Counted from the first letter of the stretch, positions 27,071 to 36,270 are shown. The stretch is 37,577 bases of DNA from an uncultured Methanosarcinales archaeon (GCA_964542815.1 CAZIUU010000007.1:957-38533), one strand, 5' to 3'. The notes: generated by a model not told the origin, from the sequence alone. Numbers and translations are program-made.

Positions 27071-27554
27071 TTCAATATTGATTTTTGATCTGGACGATAC
27101 GTTATACCAAAAGCATGGGGTAGTGAATGATGATTTTTCAGGCATAGAAGATATTCAGCCCTATGCGGGGGCGTATGATTTCCTGCGCAAGACTTCCTGT
27201 AAGAAAATATTAGTTACTAAAGGTAATCCTACGATGCAGGTGAAGAAGCTAGAGATTTTAGGCATCAAAGATTTTTTTGAAGAAGTGCTTATTTGTTCTA
27301 CTGACGAGGAAAAGAAAGGAGTGTTTAAACAGTTGAAAGAGAAGTTTCCGCAAAGCGAGTTCTGGGTTATCGGAGATCGGATTGATTCAGAAATCCGTTT
27401 TGGGAATGAATTAGGAATGAAGACAGTATTGCTGCGGAAAGGGAAATATGCTGAGCTGATGCCTCAAGAACCGATTGAAGCTCCAACGTATGCCATTAAA
27501 GAGTTTTCTGAATTGAATGAGGTACTGTGCAAAGAATGCAAGCTGTTATTTTAG
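27060..27554 (+). CDS. HAD-superfamily hydrolase
   Basis: Motif I is FDLDDTLY and motif IV-like is GDRIDSE. It overlaps the upstream gene by 11 nt. Confidence 0.65.
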   Translation: MSSSSILIFDLDDTLYQKHGVVNDDFSGIEDIQPYAGAYDFLRKTSCKKILVTKGNPTMQVKKLEILGIKDFFEEVLICSTDEEKKGVFKQLKEKFPQSEFWVIGDRIDSEIRFGNELGMKTVLLRKGKYAELMPQEPIEAPTYAIKEFSELNEVLCKECKLLF

Positions 27555-28267
27555 CTGCCGGAAAAGGAACGCGGATGAACTGCGCAGAGCAGAATAGCAA
27601 ACCTAAAGTGATGTATCATCTTAATGGCATCCCCATGGTTAAATATGGCGTGGATGCTCTTAGAACGGCGGGCATTAATGATATTATCTTAGTGGTTGGT
27701 TATAAGAAAGAGCAGGTGCAGGATTTTTTTGGAGATACAGTTAGGTATGCCATTCAAGAAGAACAGTTGGGAACAGGGCATGCAGTGATGATGGCCAGGC
27801 CGCTTCTCGATGTCAGCGACGGAATTTTAGTGTGCTGTGGGGATATGCCTTTGTTTAAGCAGGAGACGATTAAGCATTTGATTGAGGTTTATCATTCCCA
27901 GAAACCAATGATTGCGCTTCTTTCAGCTGTTTTTACTGAGCCTTTTGGATACGGCAGGATTGTGCGCTCTTCAACTAATGAAGTTAGTTCTATTGTGGAG
28001 CAGAAAGATTGTTCTCCTAAACAGCAGGGGATTAAGGAATGCAATACTGGTTTTTATATTTTCAATGGGGAATGGCTGAGGCGTAATCTGTCCGGGCTGC
28101 ACACCAATAATTCGCAGAAAGAATATTATTTGACTGATTTAGTTGGATTAGCTGTAAGTCAGGGGCAGAAAGTAGTTGCAGTTCCAGTAGCTGATGAAAG
28201 CGAAGCTTTAGGCATCAATACGCCGGAGCAGTTAAGAATGGCAGAGAAGATGGTTAAGGAACGTTAA
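27527..28267 (+). CDS. sugar-1-phosphate nucleotidyltransferase, GlmU pyrophosphorylase domain only
   Basis: Motifs AVILAAGKGTRM, QEEQLGTGHAV, GDMPL, GYGRIV, EQKD and EYYLTD. There is no left-handed beta-helix acetyltransferase domain. The likely start is the ATG at 27536, since the ORF track starts at the GTG at 27527. Confidence 0.8.
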   Translation: MQRMQAVILAAGKGTRMNCAEQNSKPKVMYHLNGIPMVKYGVDALRTAGINDIILVVGYKKEQVQDFFGDTVRYAIQEEQLGTGHAVMMARPLLDVSDGILVCCGDMPLFKQETIKHLIEVYHSQKPMIALLSAVFTEPFGYGRIVRSSTNEVSSIVEQKDCSPKQQGIKECNTGFYIFNGEWLRRNLSGLHTNNSQKEYYLTDLVGLAVSQGQKVVAVPVADESEALGINTPEQLRMAEKMVKER

Positions 28268-28323
28268 AGCAAACAAAAGCTATAAAAACTATCTTTCTTT
28301 TCTAACTACAAAAGAGGTGCCCT

Positions 28324-29808
28324 ATGAAATTTAAAGTTCATGATATGAATATCGCTACTGGCGGTGCGCATATTGCAGTACTGCATAAAAAAGATGCCCG
28401 CCATATTGATTCCCGCTCCGGAGACAGGATTCTGGTTAAGCATGGGAAACATGAATTAGTATGTATCTTAGACATTGCTGAAAGCAAAAAAGAAGTTTCT
28501 GAAGGCCATATTGGGCTGTTTGAAGAGGTATTGGACAAGCTGAACCTACGTCACGGAGCTATCGTTGAAGTTAAGTTTTCCGGCAAGCCTGAATCGGTGG
28601 ATCATATTCGTAATAAACTGTATGGAAAGCATCTAAGTTATGATGAATTATTTCATATTGCTGATGATATTACTAATGACCGCTTAACCGATATTGAGAA
28701 AACTTATTTTGTTTCAGCTTGCTTTGCTCATGGGTTAAGCCATCGGGAAATTGTAGACTTGACTAAAGCGATGGTAAATACGGGGGACAAACTAAAATTT
28801 AGTAATATTACCTTAGACAAACATTGCATCGGAGGAATTCCCGGAAATAGAACTACTATGATAGTCATTCCTATTATTGCTGCTGCTGGATTTACTATTC
28901 CTAAAACTTCCAGCCGGGCTATTACTTCTCCAGCAGGAACTGCGGATACAATGGAATGTTTAGCCAAAGTGGAATTGCCCGCATCGAAAATCAAGCGGAT
29001 AATTAAGAAAATCGGTGCCTGTATTGTTCACGGAGGTTCGATGAATCTTGCTCCTGCGGATGATAAAATTATTGAAGTGGAACATCCTCTTTCTATCGAT
29101 GCGGAAGGGCAGTTATTAGCATCAGTTATGGCCAAGAAGTATTCAGTTTCATCTACACATGTGTTGATAGACGTGCCCATGGGCAAAAGCACTAAAGCTA
29201 AGACCTTGAAAGATGCTGCTCATCTTAAGAAAATGTTTGAGATGGTAGGAAAGAGTTTGGGGATGAAAGTAAAAGTAATCGTTACCGATGGCTCTCACCC
29301 CATCGGCAGGGGAATTGGGCCGTTGTTTGAAGCAGAAGATGTGATGTCTGTGCTAAAAAATGAGCATGATGCTCCTCAAGATTTGCGGAAGAAAGCTCTG
29401 TTTATGGCTGGAACTTTGTTGGAGATGACTGGGAGGTACAAAAAAGGAGAAGGTGAGAAAGCCGCTACGCAATTATTAGAATCGGGAAAAGCGTGGGTGA
29501 AAATGAATGAAATTATTGACGCTCAGGGAAGGATGAAGAAGCCGGTTAAAGGGAAATTCACTCATCAGGTATTCAGCGATAAAGCGGGAAAAATTATGGC
29601 AGTAGATAATGATAAAGTGGCCAAAATCGCCAGAATTTCCGGTAATCCGGAAGATAAAGGCGCAGGAATCATTCTCAATAAAAACGTAGGAGATATGGTG
29701 AAGAAAGGAGAGTTGTTGTATATTGTCTACGCTTATAGTAAAGTTAAGTTAGATTTGGCCGTTGATTACATCAATCATGACTGCGGGTATGGGGTGGAGA
29801 AGTGTTGA
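28324..29808 (+). CDS. deoA: AMP phosphorylase / thymidine phosphorylase family protein
   Basis: 494 aa. An N-terminal ~85-aa extension is typical of archaeal AMP phosphorylases. It also has DKHCIGGIPGNRTT and TSPAGTADTME. Confidence 0.8.
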   Translation: MKFKVHDMNIATGGAHIAVLHKKDARHIDSRSGDRILVKHGKHELVCILDIAESKKEVSEGHIGLFEEVLDKLNLRHGAIVEVKFSGKPESVDHIRNKLYGKHLSYDELFHIADDITNDRLTDIEKTYFVSACFAHGLSHREIVDLTKAMVNTGDKLKFSNITLDKHCIGGIPGNRTTMIVIPIIAAAGFTIPKTSSRAITSPAGTADTMECLAKVELPASKIKRIIKKIGACIVHGGSMNLAPADDKIIEVEHPLSIDAEGQLLASVMAKKYSVSSTHVLIDVPMGKSTKAKTLKDAAHLKKMFEMVGKSLGMKVKVIVTDGSHPIGRGIGPLFEAEDVMSVLKNEHDAPQDLRKKALFMAGTLLEMTGRYKKGEGEKAATQLLESGKAWVKMNEIIDAQGRMKKPVKGKFTHQVFSDKAGKIMAVDNDKVAKIARISGNPEDKGAGIILNKNVGDMVKKGELLYIVYAYSKVKLDLAVDYINHDCGYGVEKC

Positions 29809-29809
29809 G

Positions 29810-30139
29810 TTACAGATTTGTTTCTTTGGTGTAAACATAATCAACTATCTGTTCGTATCTCTCTATGGATACTCCTTGCTGTAAGGCATATTCTCTTATT
29901 GCTACATTGACATATCTGGCTGAATCCCGCAAGCCTTCCACATAAGGCCCAATTTTACTCGCAACATAATCATCGTCTTTACCTAAGTCATGTGTACATA
30001 AATGTTGTAAACGTGATGTAAATCCCCGAATCGCTTTTAACCCTAAAGCCGTCTTAGCTACTAGTATCTCTTCCGAGGATAGGTTTTCTCCATCCGGAAG
30101 TACAATTTCTAAATCTGTATTTCTTTCTGCCAGGTGTGT
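29810..30139 (-). pseudogene. 109-codon open frame with no ATG/GTG/TTG start near its 5' end
   Basis: I translated this by hand from the minus strand: THLAERNTDLEIVLPDGENLSSEEILVAKTALGLKAIRGFTSRLQHLCTHDLGKDDDYVASKIGPYVEGLRDSARYVNVAIREYALQQGVSIERYEQIVDYVYTKETNL. It contains no Met. It is in frame with the upstream ORF across TAG-AGT-TAA-TAA. Confidence 0.3.
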
Positions 30140-30148
30140 TTATTAACT

Positions 30149-30916
30149 CTAATTCTGCTCTTTCACTTTCTGGGTATACTTCTCCGCCAGAATAGGCATT
30201 ACCGTCTCGCTAAGCGGATAGCTCTCGGTATTACGGACGATGATAACCGAGCCCAAAGGCTTAGAAGGAACATGCTGGACCAGGGCCTCTTCCAGAGAAG
30301 GAGAGCCATATTCTGAAGTAGGCTGAAAGGTTATGGTCTGAGTATTTTTACAGCAGGGGCAAGTGTTCTGGAAATATTTGAATACGAAAGCTCCCCGGTC
30401 TCGCATAGTGGTAAGAAATACAAAATAGCCTTGCCCAAGAATGGTGCGTTCCCCGTCCAGGATTTCGTTGGGAAGGACTTCCATTTGGATGTGCTGGGAG
30501 ATGCTATCTCGCATATAAACAAATCTTTGTGCCCGCTCTTCCAGGCTTTCCGCAGCGGCCTGAAAAGATTCCTGCGCTTTGTCCAGCTTGGAAAAAGGGA
30601 TTACAAACATGAAAAGATATCGGTCTAAATTGTGCACCAGCCCTATCTCTCCGGCATTAGTTTGGATTGCCCTGAAATGTTTTCTTCTAATTTCTGCACA
30701 AGTCTGCCGAAATTTTTGGCTTATGGTTACGGCATCGTCCTGAAGCTCTCTAGCAAGATTTTGGTAAGGTTCTACCGCAAATCTGCTGATAGCTGTATCC
30801 AATAAATTAGAAATCTCTGTGGATAATTCTCTAAATTCATCTAAAGTATGAACTAATCGGTTTTGGTGCAGCCTGCTTAACAGGTTTAAATAATCTTGGA
30901 GGGGTTTTGTGTGCAT
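30149..30916 (-). CDS. hypothetical protein (helical N-half, CPCC-containing C-half)
   Basis: 255-aa ORF. A TATA-like GCTTTTAAAG on the minus strand (30938-30947) lies about 23 nt upstream of the ATG. No family was recognised. Confidence 0.55.
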   Translation of the reverse strand: MHTKPLQDYLNLLSRLHQNRLVHTLDEFRELSTEISNLLDTAISRFAVEPYQNLARELQDDAVTISQKFRQTCAEIRRKHFRAIQTNAGEIGLVHNLDRYLFMFVIPFSKLDKAQESFQAAAESLEERAQRFVYMRDSISQHIQMEVLPNEILDGERTILGQGYFVFLTTMRDRGAFVFKYFQNTCPCCKNTQTITFQPTSEYGSPSLEEALVQHVPSKPLGSVIIVRNTESYPLSETVMPILAEKYTQKVKEQN

Positions 30917-30938
30917 AGATTACTACACTAGAGTAGTC

Positions 30939-30946
30939 TTTAAAAG
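30939..30946 (-). promoter_or_regulatory. TATA-box-like element for the 255-aa gene
   Basis: The minus strand reads CTTTTAAA about 23 nt upstream of the ATG (30916-30914). Confidence 0.35.
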
Positions 30947-31011
30947 CTTTTCGGGTGGAAATTAGTCAAAATTTAATAGCATGAAAACACTTTAACTTTT
31001 CCCACAGATAT

Positions 31012-31461
31012 TTAAGAGTTCACTATCGAGAATAATTTTTCCATTCGTTCTACAAATCTGTTCGCCGCACTTAGTGCTTCTCCAGCTTCTTCTTTTGTAA
31101 CGTAGAAATCAGTGCCGTATTGGTCATCATGACGCAATCCACGGTAATGATCAAGCAACAGAACCCATTCTTCCTCCAACTGTTTTTTCTTAACATAATT
31201 CTCTTCGAGAAATCTTGCTATACAGTAATGGCTCTTCTCCCGAAAACCATCCCGAAATAGAATAGACCGAGAAGCATGAAACATGGCAAGATACGATGAA
31301 ATTGCTGAAGAGTTGAGTGCTCCGGCATTTAGGTTCTTTTCCGCTTCATTAAGCCATTTGTAAGCGGTCTTTAAACTATTTTCTGCCTCCTTTCTGGATA
31401 TAGGAATCTTGCGCAATAGCCCATCTTCCAAGCATTCTTTATAGGTTTTCAAGTTTTTCAC
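31012..31461 (-). CDS. HEPN-domain protein (toxin-like partner of MNT)
   Basis: 149 aa and all-helical, with an R-x-x-x-H...Y segment (HYRGLRHDDQYG). It overlaps the upstream nucleotidyltransferase gene by 23 nt. Confidence 0.7.
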   Translation of the reverse strand: MKNLKTYKECLEDGLLRKIPISRKEAENSLKTAYKWLNEAEKNLNAGALNSSAISSYLAMFHASRSILFRDGFREKSHYCIARFLEENYVKKKQLEEEWVLLLDHYRGLRHDDQYGTDFYVTKEEAGEALSAANRFVERMEKLFSIVNS

Positions 31462-31960
31462 CGTAGATTGTTATTGAACTGAAGATTAATGAATGATAAA
31501 ATAAAGGGTTTTCTTCTTTTATTAAATTAAATTTATCTTTATTCAGGAATAATGGTTTTACTTTTGGACATATTTTCTTTAATTCTTGACTGAGAGAGGC
31601 TAAGTTCTGGCTTTTGTTGATAAATACATAAATATCTAGATCAGATTCTTCAGTATCTTCTCCTTTTGCTGCACTTCCATAGATTCCTACCGATAATGTT
31701 TCGGGGTACTTCTTAAACATTTTTGGAGGGATTATCTGTAGGTTCAAAAATATCTTTAAAGCTTTTGTATTTGGGTGAGAATGATTTATCTTACAATTCT
31801 TGGTAATACTTTCTTTTTTGAGAAGTGCGAGATATTTTGATATCAATCCTTTGCTTATTTTTAATTTTCGAGAAATATTACTAACACTCAATTTTTCCTT
31901 TTTGTAAATTACTTCCTGTAGAAGCTTTATCCTCTCTGTTGAAGATAATAATTTGTGCAT
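31439..31960 (-). CDS. wHTH-fused minimal nucleotidyltransferase (MNT)
   Basis: The N-terminal LSVSNISRKLKISKGLISKYL is HTH-like. The GIYGSAAKGEDTEESDLDIYVF segment matches the GS-x10-DxD polymerase-beta-type motif. Confidence 0.75.
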   Translation of the reverse strand: MHKLLSSTERIKLLQEVIYKKEKLSVSNISRKLKISKGLISKYLALLKKESITKNCKINHSHPNTKALKIFLNLQIIPPKMFKKYPETLSVGIYGSAAKGEDTEESDLDIYVFINKSQNLASLSQELKKICPKVKPLFLNKDKFNLIKEENPLFYHSLIFSSITIYGEKLENL

Positions 31961-32014
31961 AACTTGAGAAAACGTTCACAATTTATAAACATTTTGTTCA
32001 TGATTTGTGAACAG

Positions 32015-32440
32015 TTACCTCTCCCCTGTGCTTCCAAACCCGCCAGTTCCACGCTCAGTACTATCTAACTCATCTACCTCTGTTATCTCCAGCTGGTGCA
32101 CCGGCTGAATTAAGAGCTGGGCAATCTTGCTTCCTTTCTCTACTACGAATGATTTATCCGAAAGATTGTGCATCAATATCTTAACTTCTCCACGATAACC
32201 AGAATCAATCACTCCGGCCATAGTCTTAATTCCATGTTTGCTGGCGATTCCTGATTTATCCCACACCAACCCTACAAATCCGGCAGGAATAGCCATAGAG
32301 ATTCCGGTAGAAATTAATTTACGTTCATTAGAATTAATTATAGCTGCCTCGTTAGAAAATAAGTCCATTCCGGCGTCATTCGGCAGAGCATACCTAGGTA
32401 AGACTGCTTCCGGATGAAGTTTTTTGATGTGAAGTGGCAT
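32015..32440 (-). CDS. dut: dUTP diphosphatase (trimeric dUTPase)
   Basis: Motifs AGMDL, GVIDSGYRGE and RGTGGFGSTG. Confidence 0.9.
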   Translation of the reverse strand: MPLHIKKLHPEAVLPRYALPNDAGMDLFSNEAAIINSNERKLISTGISMAIPAGFVGLVWDKSGIASKHGIKTMAGVIDSGYRGEVKILMHNLSDKSFVVEKGSKIAQLLIQPVHQLEITEVDELDSTERGTGGFGSTGER

Positions 32441-32477
32441 TTTAATACGATAATAACAGTGTGATATTTAATGATTG

Positions 32478-33584
32478 TTATTCTCCTAACCCTAACTTCA
32501 ATAACTCTTTCTTCAGCACTTCCCTCTGCCATTCTTTTAACGGAGATGAAGTTCCGTTGACCACACATTCAATTATCTGCTCTTCACTGGCTAGAATATG
32601 GCCGCGAAGACCAAGCTGTTTAGCGGATTCATTACGCAGTTCAGTAAATTCTTCTTTTTTCTTAGATTGTTCGGGAGTAAGTTTTTTGTAATGGGAAACA
32701 CAACTTTCTCCTGGGCCAGATAGAGCTTTCTTTATAGTATCAACCCACATTTTTGCTTCTGTTCTAACTATGGGATGCACTCCATGCAAATTTCTAAATG
32801 CACTAATTTCAGTTATCGGAGAAGCTACTAATCTCATCAATATCTTGTTACCCATTATCATAAACGCCGGAAGATCTCTTCTTTTGGCCGTGGTCTCTCT
32901 TAGGCCAAATAGTGCATGAAGCAAAGCTAATTCTTTAGGGGGAAGTTTTTTTGCTCCAGACAAATCTAAGTATATTTGTGGTTCATAGGTAAAATCTAAA
33001 TCATCCAACGCGGAACATTCATCTTTAAGCCAGCTTAAACGATTAAGCTTAGATAATTCTTGTTCCAATTTTAATTTTAATTTCAGCAAGTAAGCAGTAT
33101 CTTTAACTGCATATTCTAACATTTGGGATGATAACGGTCTTCTGCACCAGTCTACTCTCTGGAAGCGGGAATCTTTCTTTATCCCAAAATATTCATCCAA
33201 CAGGCTGCTTAATCCTAACTTTTCTTTTCCCAGCAACAATGCCGCCATCTGTGTATCAAACACATTCTTAGGATGAATGTTAAACTGATAATTTAATATG
33301 CGGAAGTCAAAGCTTACGTCGTGAAACACTTTGAGAATGTTTTTGTTTTCCAGAACTTCTTTTAACGGAGTGATATCTTTAAACTGAAGTATATCTACAA
33401 TCCAATTTTTGTTTGGAGAAGATATTTGAACCAGACACAGAAAAGTTCCATAATGATGCAGGCTGTTTTCACATTCTAAATCGATGGCCAGTTCAGCATG
33501 TTGCATCAATTCTTTTTTTAATTGGCTTAATTGTTCCGGTGTTTCCACAAAAGTGAAGTTAATCATTATTACATCTTCCGGCAA
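32478..33584 (-). CDS. rnd: RNase D-like DEDD 3'-5' exonuclease with HRDC domain
   Basis: The DEDDy motifs are AIDLECE, FHDVSFDFRIL and YAVKDTAYL. The C-terminal HRDC-like segment is LFGLRETTAKRRDLPAFMIMGNKILMRL. Confidence 0.7.
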   Translation of the reverse strand: MPEDVIMINFTFVETPEQLSQLKKELMQHAELAIDLECENSLHHYGTFLCLVQISSPNKNWIVDILQFKDITPLKEVLENKNILKVFHDVSFDFRILNYQFNIHPKNVFDTQMAALLLGKEKLGLSSLLDEYFGIKKDSRFQRVDWCRRPLSSQMLEYAVKDTAYLLKLKLKLEQELSKLNRLSWLKDECSALDDLDFTYEPQIYLDLSGAKKLPPKELALLHALFGLRETTAKRRDLPAFMIMGNKILMRLVASPITEISAFRNLHGVHPIVRTEAKMWVDTIKKALSGPGESCVSHYKKLTPEQSKKKEEFTELRNESAKQLGLRGHILASEEQIIECVVNGTSSPLKEWQREVLKKELLKLGLGE

Positions 33585-34303
33585 AAAGTCAAGAATCCAG
33601 TATGCCCCAGCATCTCAAATTCAGGTCTTAAGATTCTTTCTTCGATTTTCCATTTGCGTTCTAACAATTCGATGGTTTCTATGATTTGAAGTTGGCTTCT
33701 CCTGGCGCTATCAATAAATTGCTGTACTTGGGTTAAGTTAGGCAGGTAGGTTACTAAAAATGCTCCGGCTTTTAACGCTTTCTCCGCATGAGGAATTACT
33801 TTCCATGGTTCAGCTAAGTCTAAAGTTATTAAGTCTAATTCAGTTTCGTCTATTCCTTTGTAGACATCATCTTGTTTTAAAGTTATGTTGGATAAGTTGA
33901 ATAATTGTTTGTTTTTTTGTAATATTGCTAGGTGTTCTGGATTGATTTCATACACGGTTATTTCTTTACAAACATTAGCTAGGTGAAAGCATAATGAGCC
34001 AGAGCCTCCGCCGGCATCAACTACCTTTGAATTTTTGTTTATTCCGGTTTTGGCGATGATAGCTCCGATGTCTTTAGGCAGCATTACTTGTGGCCCTCTG
34101 ACTAGATTCTCCCATAAATCGGGAAAGGTTGGATTTAATAGCAGAAACTTCTCTTTTTTGGTGCTGGTTATCATTTCTTTGTTTCCTTTGAATTCAGAAG
34201 CAGGGATAATTCCATATTGGGTGTGGAAATCTTCAGTTAAATCTTTCACTAAAAACTTCTTCCCGGTCTTTAGGTGCAGGAGTATTTTTTGGATGGTGCG
34301 CAT
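33569..34303 (-). CDS. trmI: tRNA (adenine-N1)-methyltransferase TrmI (Gcd14 family)
   Basis: It has an N-terminal beta domain, PQVMLPKDIG, and the SAM motif VVDAGGGSGSL. It overlaps the rnd-like gene by 16 nt. Confidence 0.8.
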   Translation of the reverse strand: MRTIQKILLHLKTGKKFLVKDLTEDFHTQYGIIPASEFKGNKEMITSTKKEKFLLLNPTFPDLWENLVRGPQVMLPKDIGAIIAKTGINKNSKVVDAGGGSGSLCFHLANVCKEITVYEINPEHLAILQKNKQLFNLSNITLKQDDVYKGIDETELDLITLDLAEPWKVIPHAEKALKAGAFLVTYLPNLTQVQQFIDSARRSQLQIIETIELLERKWKIEERILRPEFEMLGHTGFLTFCRKM

Positions 34304-34401
34304 GAGTAATATGATTCTGAGAGCTATTTTTTAATCTTTCGTGAATTTAGTCAATTTCATACAAAAATTTTAAATAATCCAACCTCTTTTAGTATAAAAT
34401 C

Positions 34402-34515
34402 ATGGAAAATTGCCATATTATCGAAAATGAAAGAATGAGGGAAACTCTTCAGATAGTCGGAGCGGTAATCGGAGTGGTTGGAGTGATTATAGTTGTGCTT
34501 TCATTCATAATATAG
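34402..34515 (+). CDS. small ORF (37 aa), single-TM peptide
   Basis: The product is MENCHIIENERMRETLQIVGAVIGVVGVIIVVLSFII. TTTTAAATA lies about 25 nt upstream. It is below the ORF-track cutoff and the evidence is weak. Confidence 0.25.
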   Translation: MENCHIIENERMRETLQIVGAVIGVVGVIIVVLSFII

Positions 34516-34619
34516 TCTTAGTGTTGTTCTTTTTTGACTAGGTAACACGATAAATTTTTTTAATCAGAAATTAACATTTAATCGGGAAAAATTAAAACAT
34601 TGGTAGTATAACTATATAA

Positions 34620-35066
34620 TTAATCTTTCTCCTCATAAAAACGCCGTTCTTTCATCCCACTTGGGTGTTGATATTGTGTTGCCATCTCTGGTCTCTTGGG
34701 CGCCACATGTTCTCTATTTTGGACCACATATTCTCTAACAATAACAATATGGCTATTATTAATAGGGCTCTCTCGAGGTTGTTCTTGTCTTTCAAATCTT
34801 AACTCTAAATCCTCCAAGGGAATACGTTCTAGATTTAATTGCCTTACAATGTCATTCGGAGAAACATCTTTCCGGATTAAATCCAGAAGAGTCATAGCTT
34901 TTTCTGGTGGAACATAATACTCTCCAGGAAAAGTAGATCTTGAAACAATTCCTTTAGGTATTGGATGTGATGAATAATACAATACTTGGTAACCTTTTTG
35001 AGCTTTTTCAAACTCGTGTTCTTCTGTACACTTATGAACCGCAAAAAATTCTCTCCTAAGCACCAT
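34620..35066 (-). CDS. hypothetical protein
   Basis: 148-aa ORF with a TATA-like CTTTAAATAG about 25 nt upstream on the minus strand. No motif was recognised. Confidence 0.5.
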   Translation of the reverse strand: MVLRREFFAVHKCTEEHEFEKAQKGYQVLYYSSHPIPKGIVSRSTFPGEYYVPPEKAMTLLDLIRKDVSPNDIVRQLNLERIPLEDLELRFERQEQPRESPINNSHIVIVREYVVQNREHVAPKRPEMATQYQHPSGMKERRFYEEKD

Positions 35067-35223
35067 GATAAATTAAAATGTGATGAACTATTTAAAGATT
35101 TCCGTTTTAACAGTATCCCCGAAGAGTTTAATAAATGTTTAGGACATCCATTTTCAACTATTTTTTCTTTAGTTTAATCATCGTCCACCCCCTTTTTTTG
35201 ACCAAATAACCCGTTAAAGTTAG

Positions 35224-36189
35224 CTAAGTCAACTGCGCCAGCACATCTTTTCTACCATGTTCATACCTACACTTTCCTATCTCACAATGCTTCAATCCCA
35301 ACGATTGATACTTCCCATAACCGTCTGGGAAGATGGTAACCACTGTTCTAAATCTGTTCTCCAGCTTTTTCGCTGCTAGAAAATTCGCTCCGGAAGAAGC
35401 TCCTACACAGAAGCCGTGTTCCTGTCTGATATAATCTGCTGCAGCTTTTGCTTCTTGGCTAGAAATGCAGATAACTTCATCTATTGATTCATGCAATCTA
35501 CCGTTTTCTCCCTGTGCTATCTTAGGAATAAAACCATCACCAATACCCTGAATCTCATGCTTTCCCGGCTTTCCTCCGCTCATCACTGGAGATTCGGAAG
35601 GCTCTATCGCAGCCAGATGAACGCACAAATTAATTTCCCTAAGCGCTGTTCCTACTCCGATTAAAGTTCCTCCGGTGCCTACTCCGGCAACGAAAGCATC
35701 AATAGAAGTTCGGTTGTAAGAGGTTATCTGTCGTAGAATCTCTTGTCCGGTAGTGCGATAATGACATTCTACATTCAGTGGATTGGAAAATTGGTCGGGG
35801 TTGAAATAGCCTTTCTCTTGAGCTAGTTGGTCACGGATATTTGCCGCTTCAGCAAAGCTGCCTTTTTCAGAACAGAGGATTAATTCTGCACCTAAATTTC
35901 GAATAAGTGTTTTTCTTTCTTCAGTCATGTTTTCTGGCATGACAATTGTAACTGGATACCTTTTCTGCCGGGCATAATAAGCTAGAGAAATTCCAGTATT
36001 CCCACTGGTTGCTTCGATGATACGTTGGCCTTTCTGCAGTAAGCCTCGTTTTTCGCTTTCTTCCAGAATATATACTGCTATCCTATCTTTGATGCTCCCG
36101 CAGGGATTAGTGCATTCTAATTTGGCATAGATGTTCTCTATTTTGATGAGAGGAGTGTTGCCAACGGTTATCGCTTCGATTTTAGCCAT
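35224..36189 (-). CDS. cysK: PLP-dependent cysteine synthase / cystathionine beta-synthase family enzyme
   Basis: Motifs VGNTPL, NPCGSIKDR (PLP lysine), SGNTGISLA and GVGTGGT. Confidence 0.8.
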   Translation of the reverse strand: MAKIEAITVGNTPLIKIENIYAKLECTNPCGSIKDRIAVYILEESEKRGLLQKGQRIIEATSGNTGISLAYYARQKRYPVTIVMPENMTEERKTLIRNLGAELILCSEKGSFAEAANIRDQLAQEKGYFNPDQFSNPLNVECHYRTTGQEILRQITSYNRTSIDAFVAGVGTGGTLIGVGTALREINLCVHLAAIEPSESPVMSGGKPGKHEIQGIGDGFIPKIAQGENGRLHESIDEVICISSQEAKAAADYIRQEHGFCVGASSGANFLAAKKLENRFRTVVTIFPDGYGKYQSLGLKHCEIGKCRYEHGRKDVLAQLT

Positions 36190-36270
36190 GCTTTTATTGT
36201 TAGCGGAAGATTTTTATTTAAAGGTTGTGTGAGTAGAAACGATAAATCCATTGCGCTAAATACAGAGGAA

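Noticed and set aside
30140-30151. Stop-codon read-through or recoding joining the 255-aa ORF to the start-less frame
   Set aside because: Three stops of two kinds (TAG, TAA, TAA) within four codons cannot plausibly be read through. The shared frame has a one-in-three chance expectation.
35067-35223. 63-aa plus-strand ORF 34986-35177
   Set aside because: It overlaps the N-terminus and promoter of the minus-strand 34620-35066 gene, is low-complexity, and has no start context.
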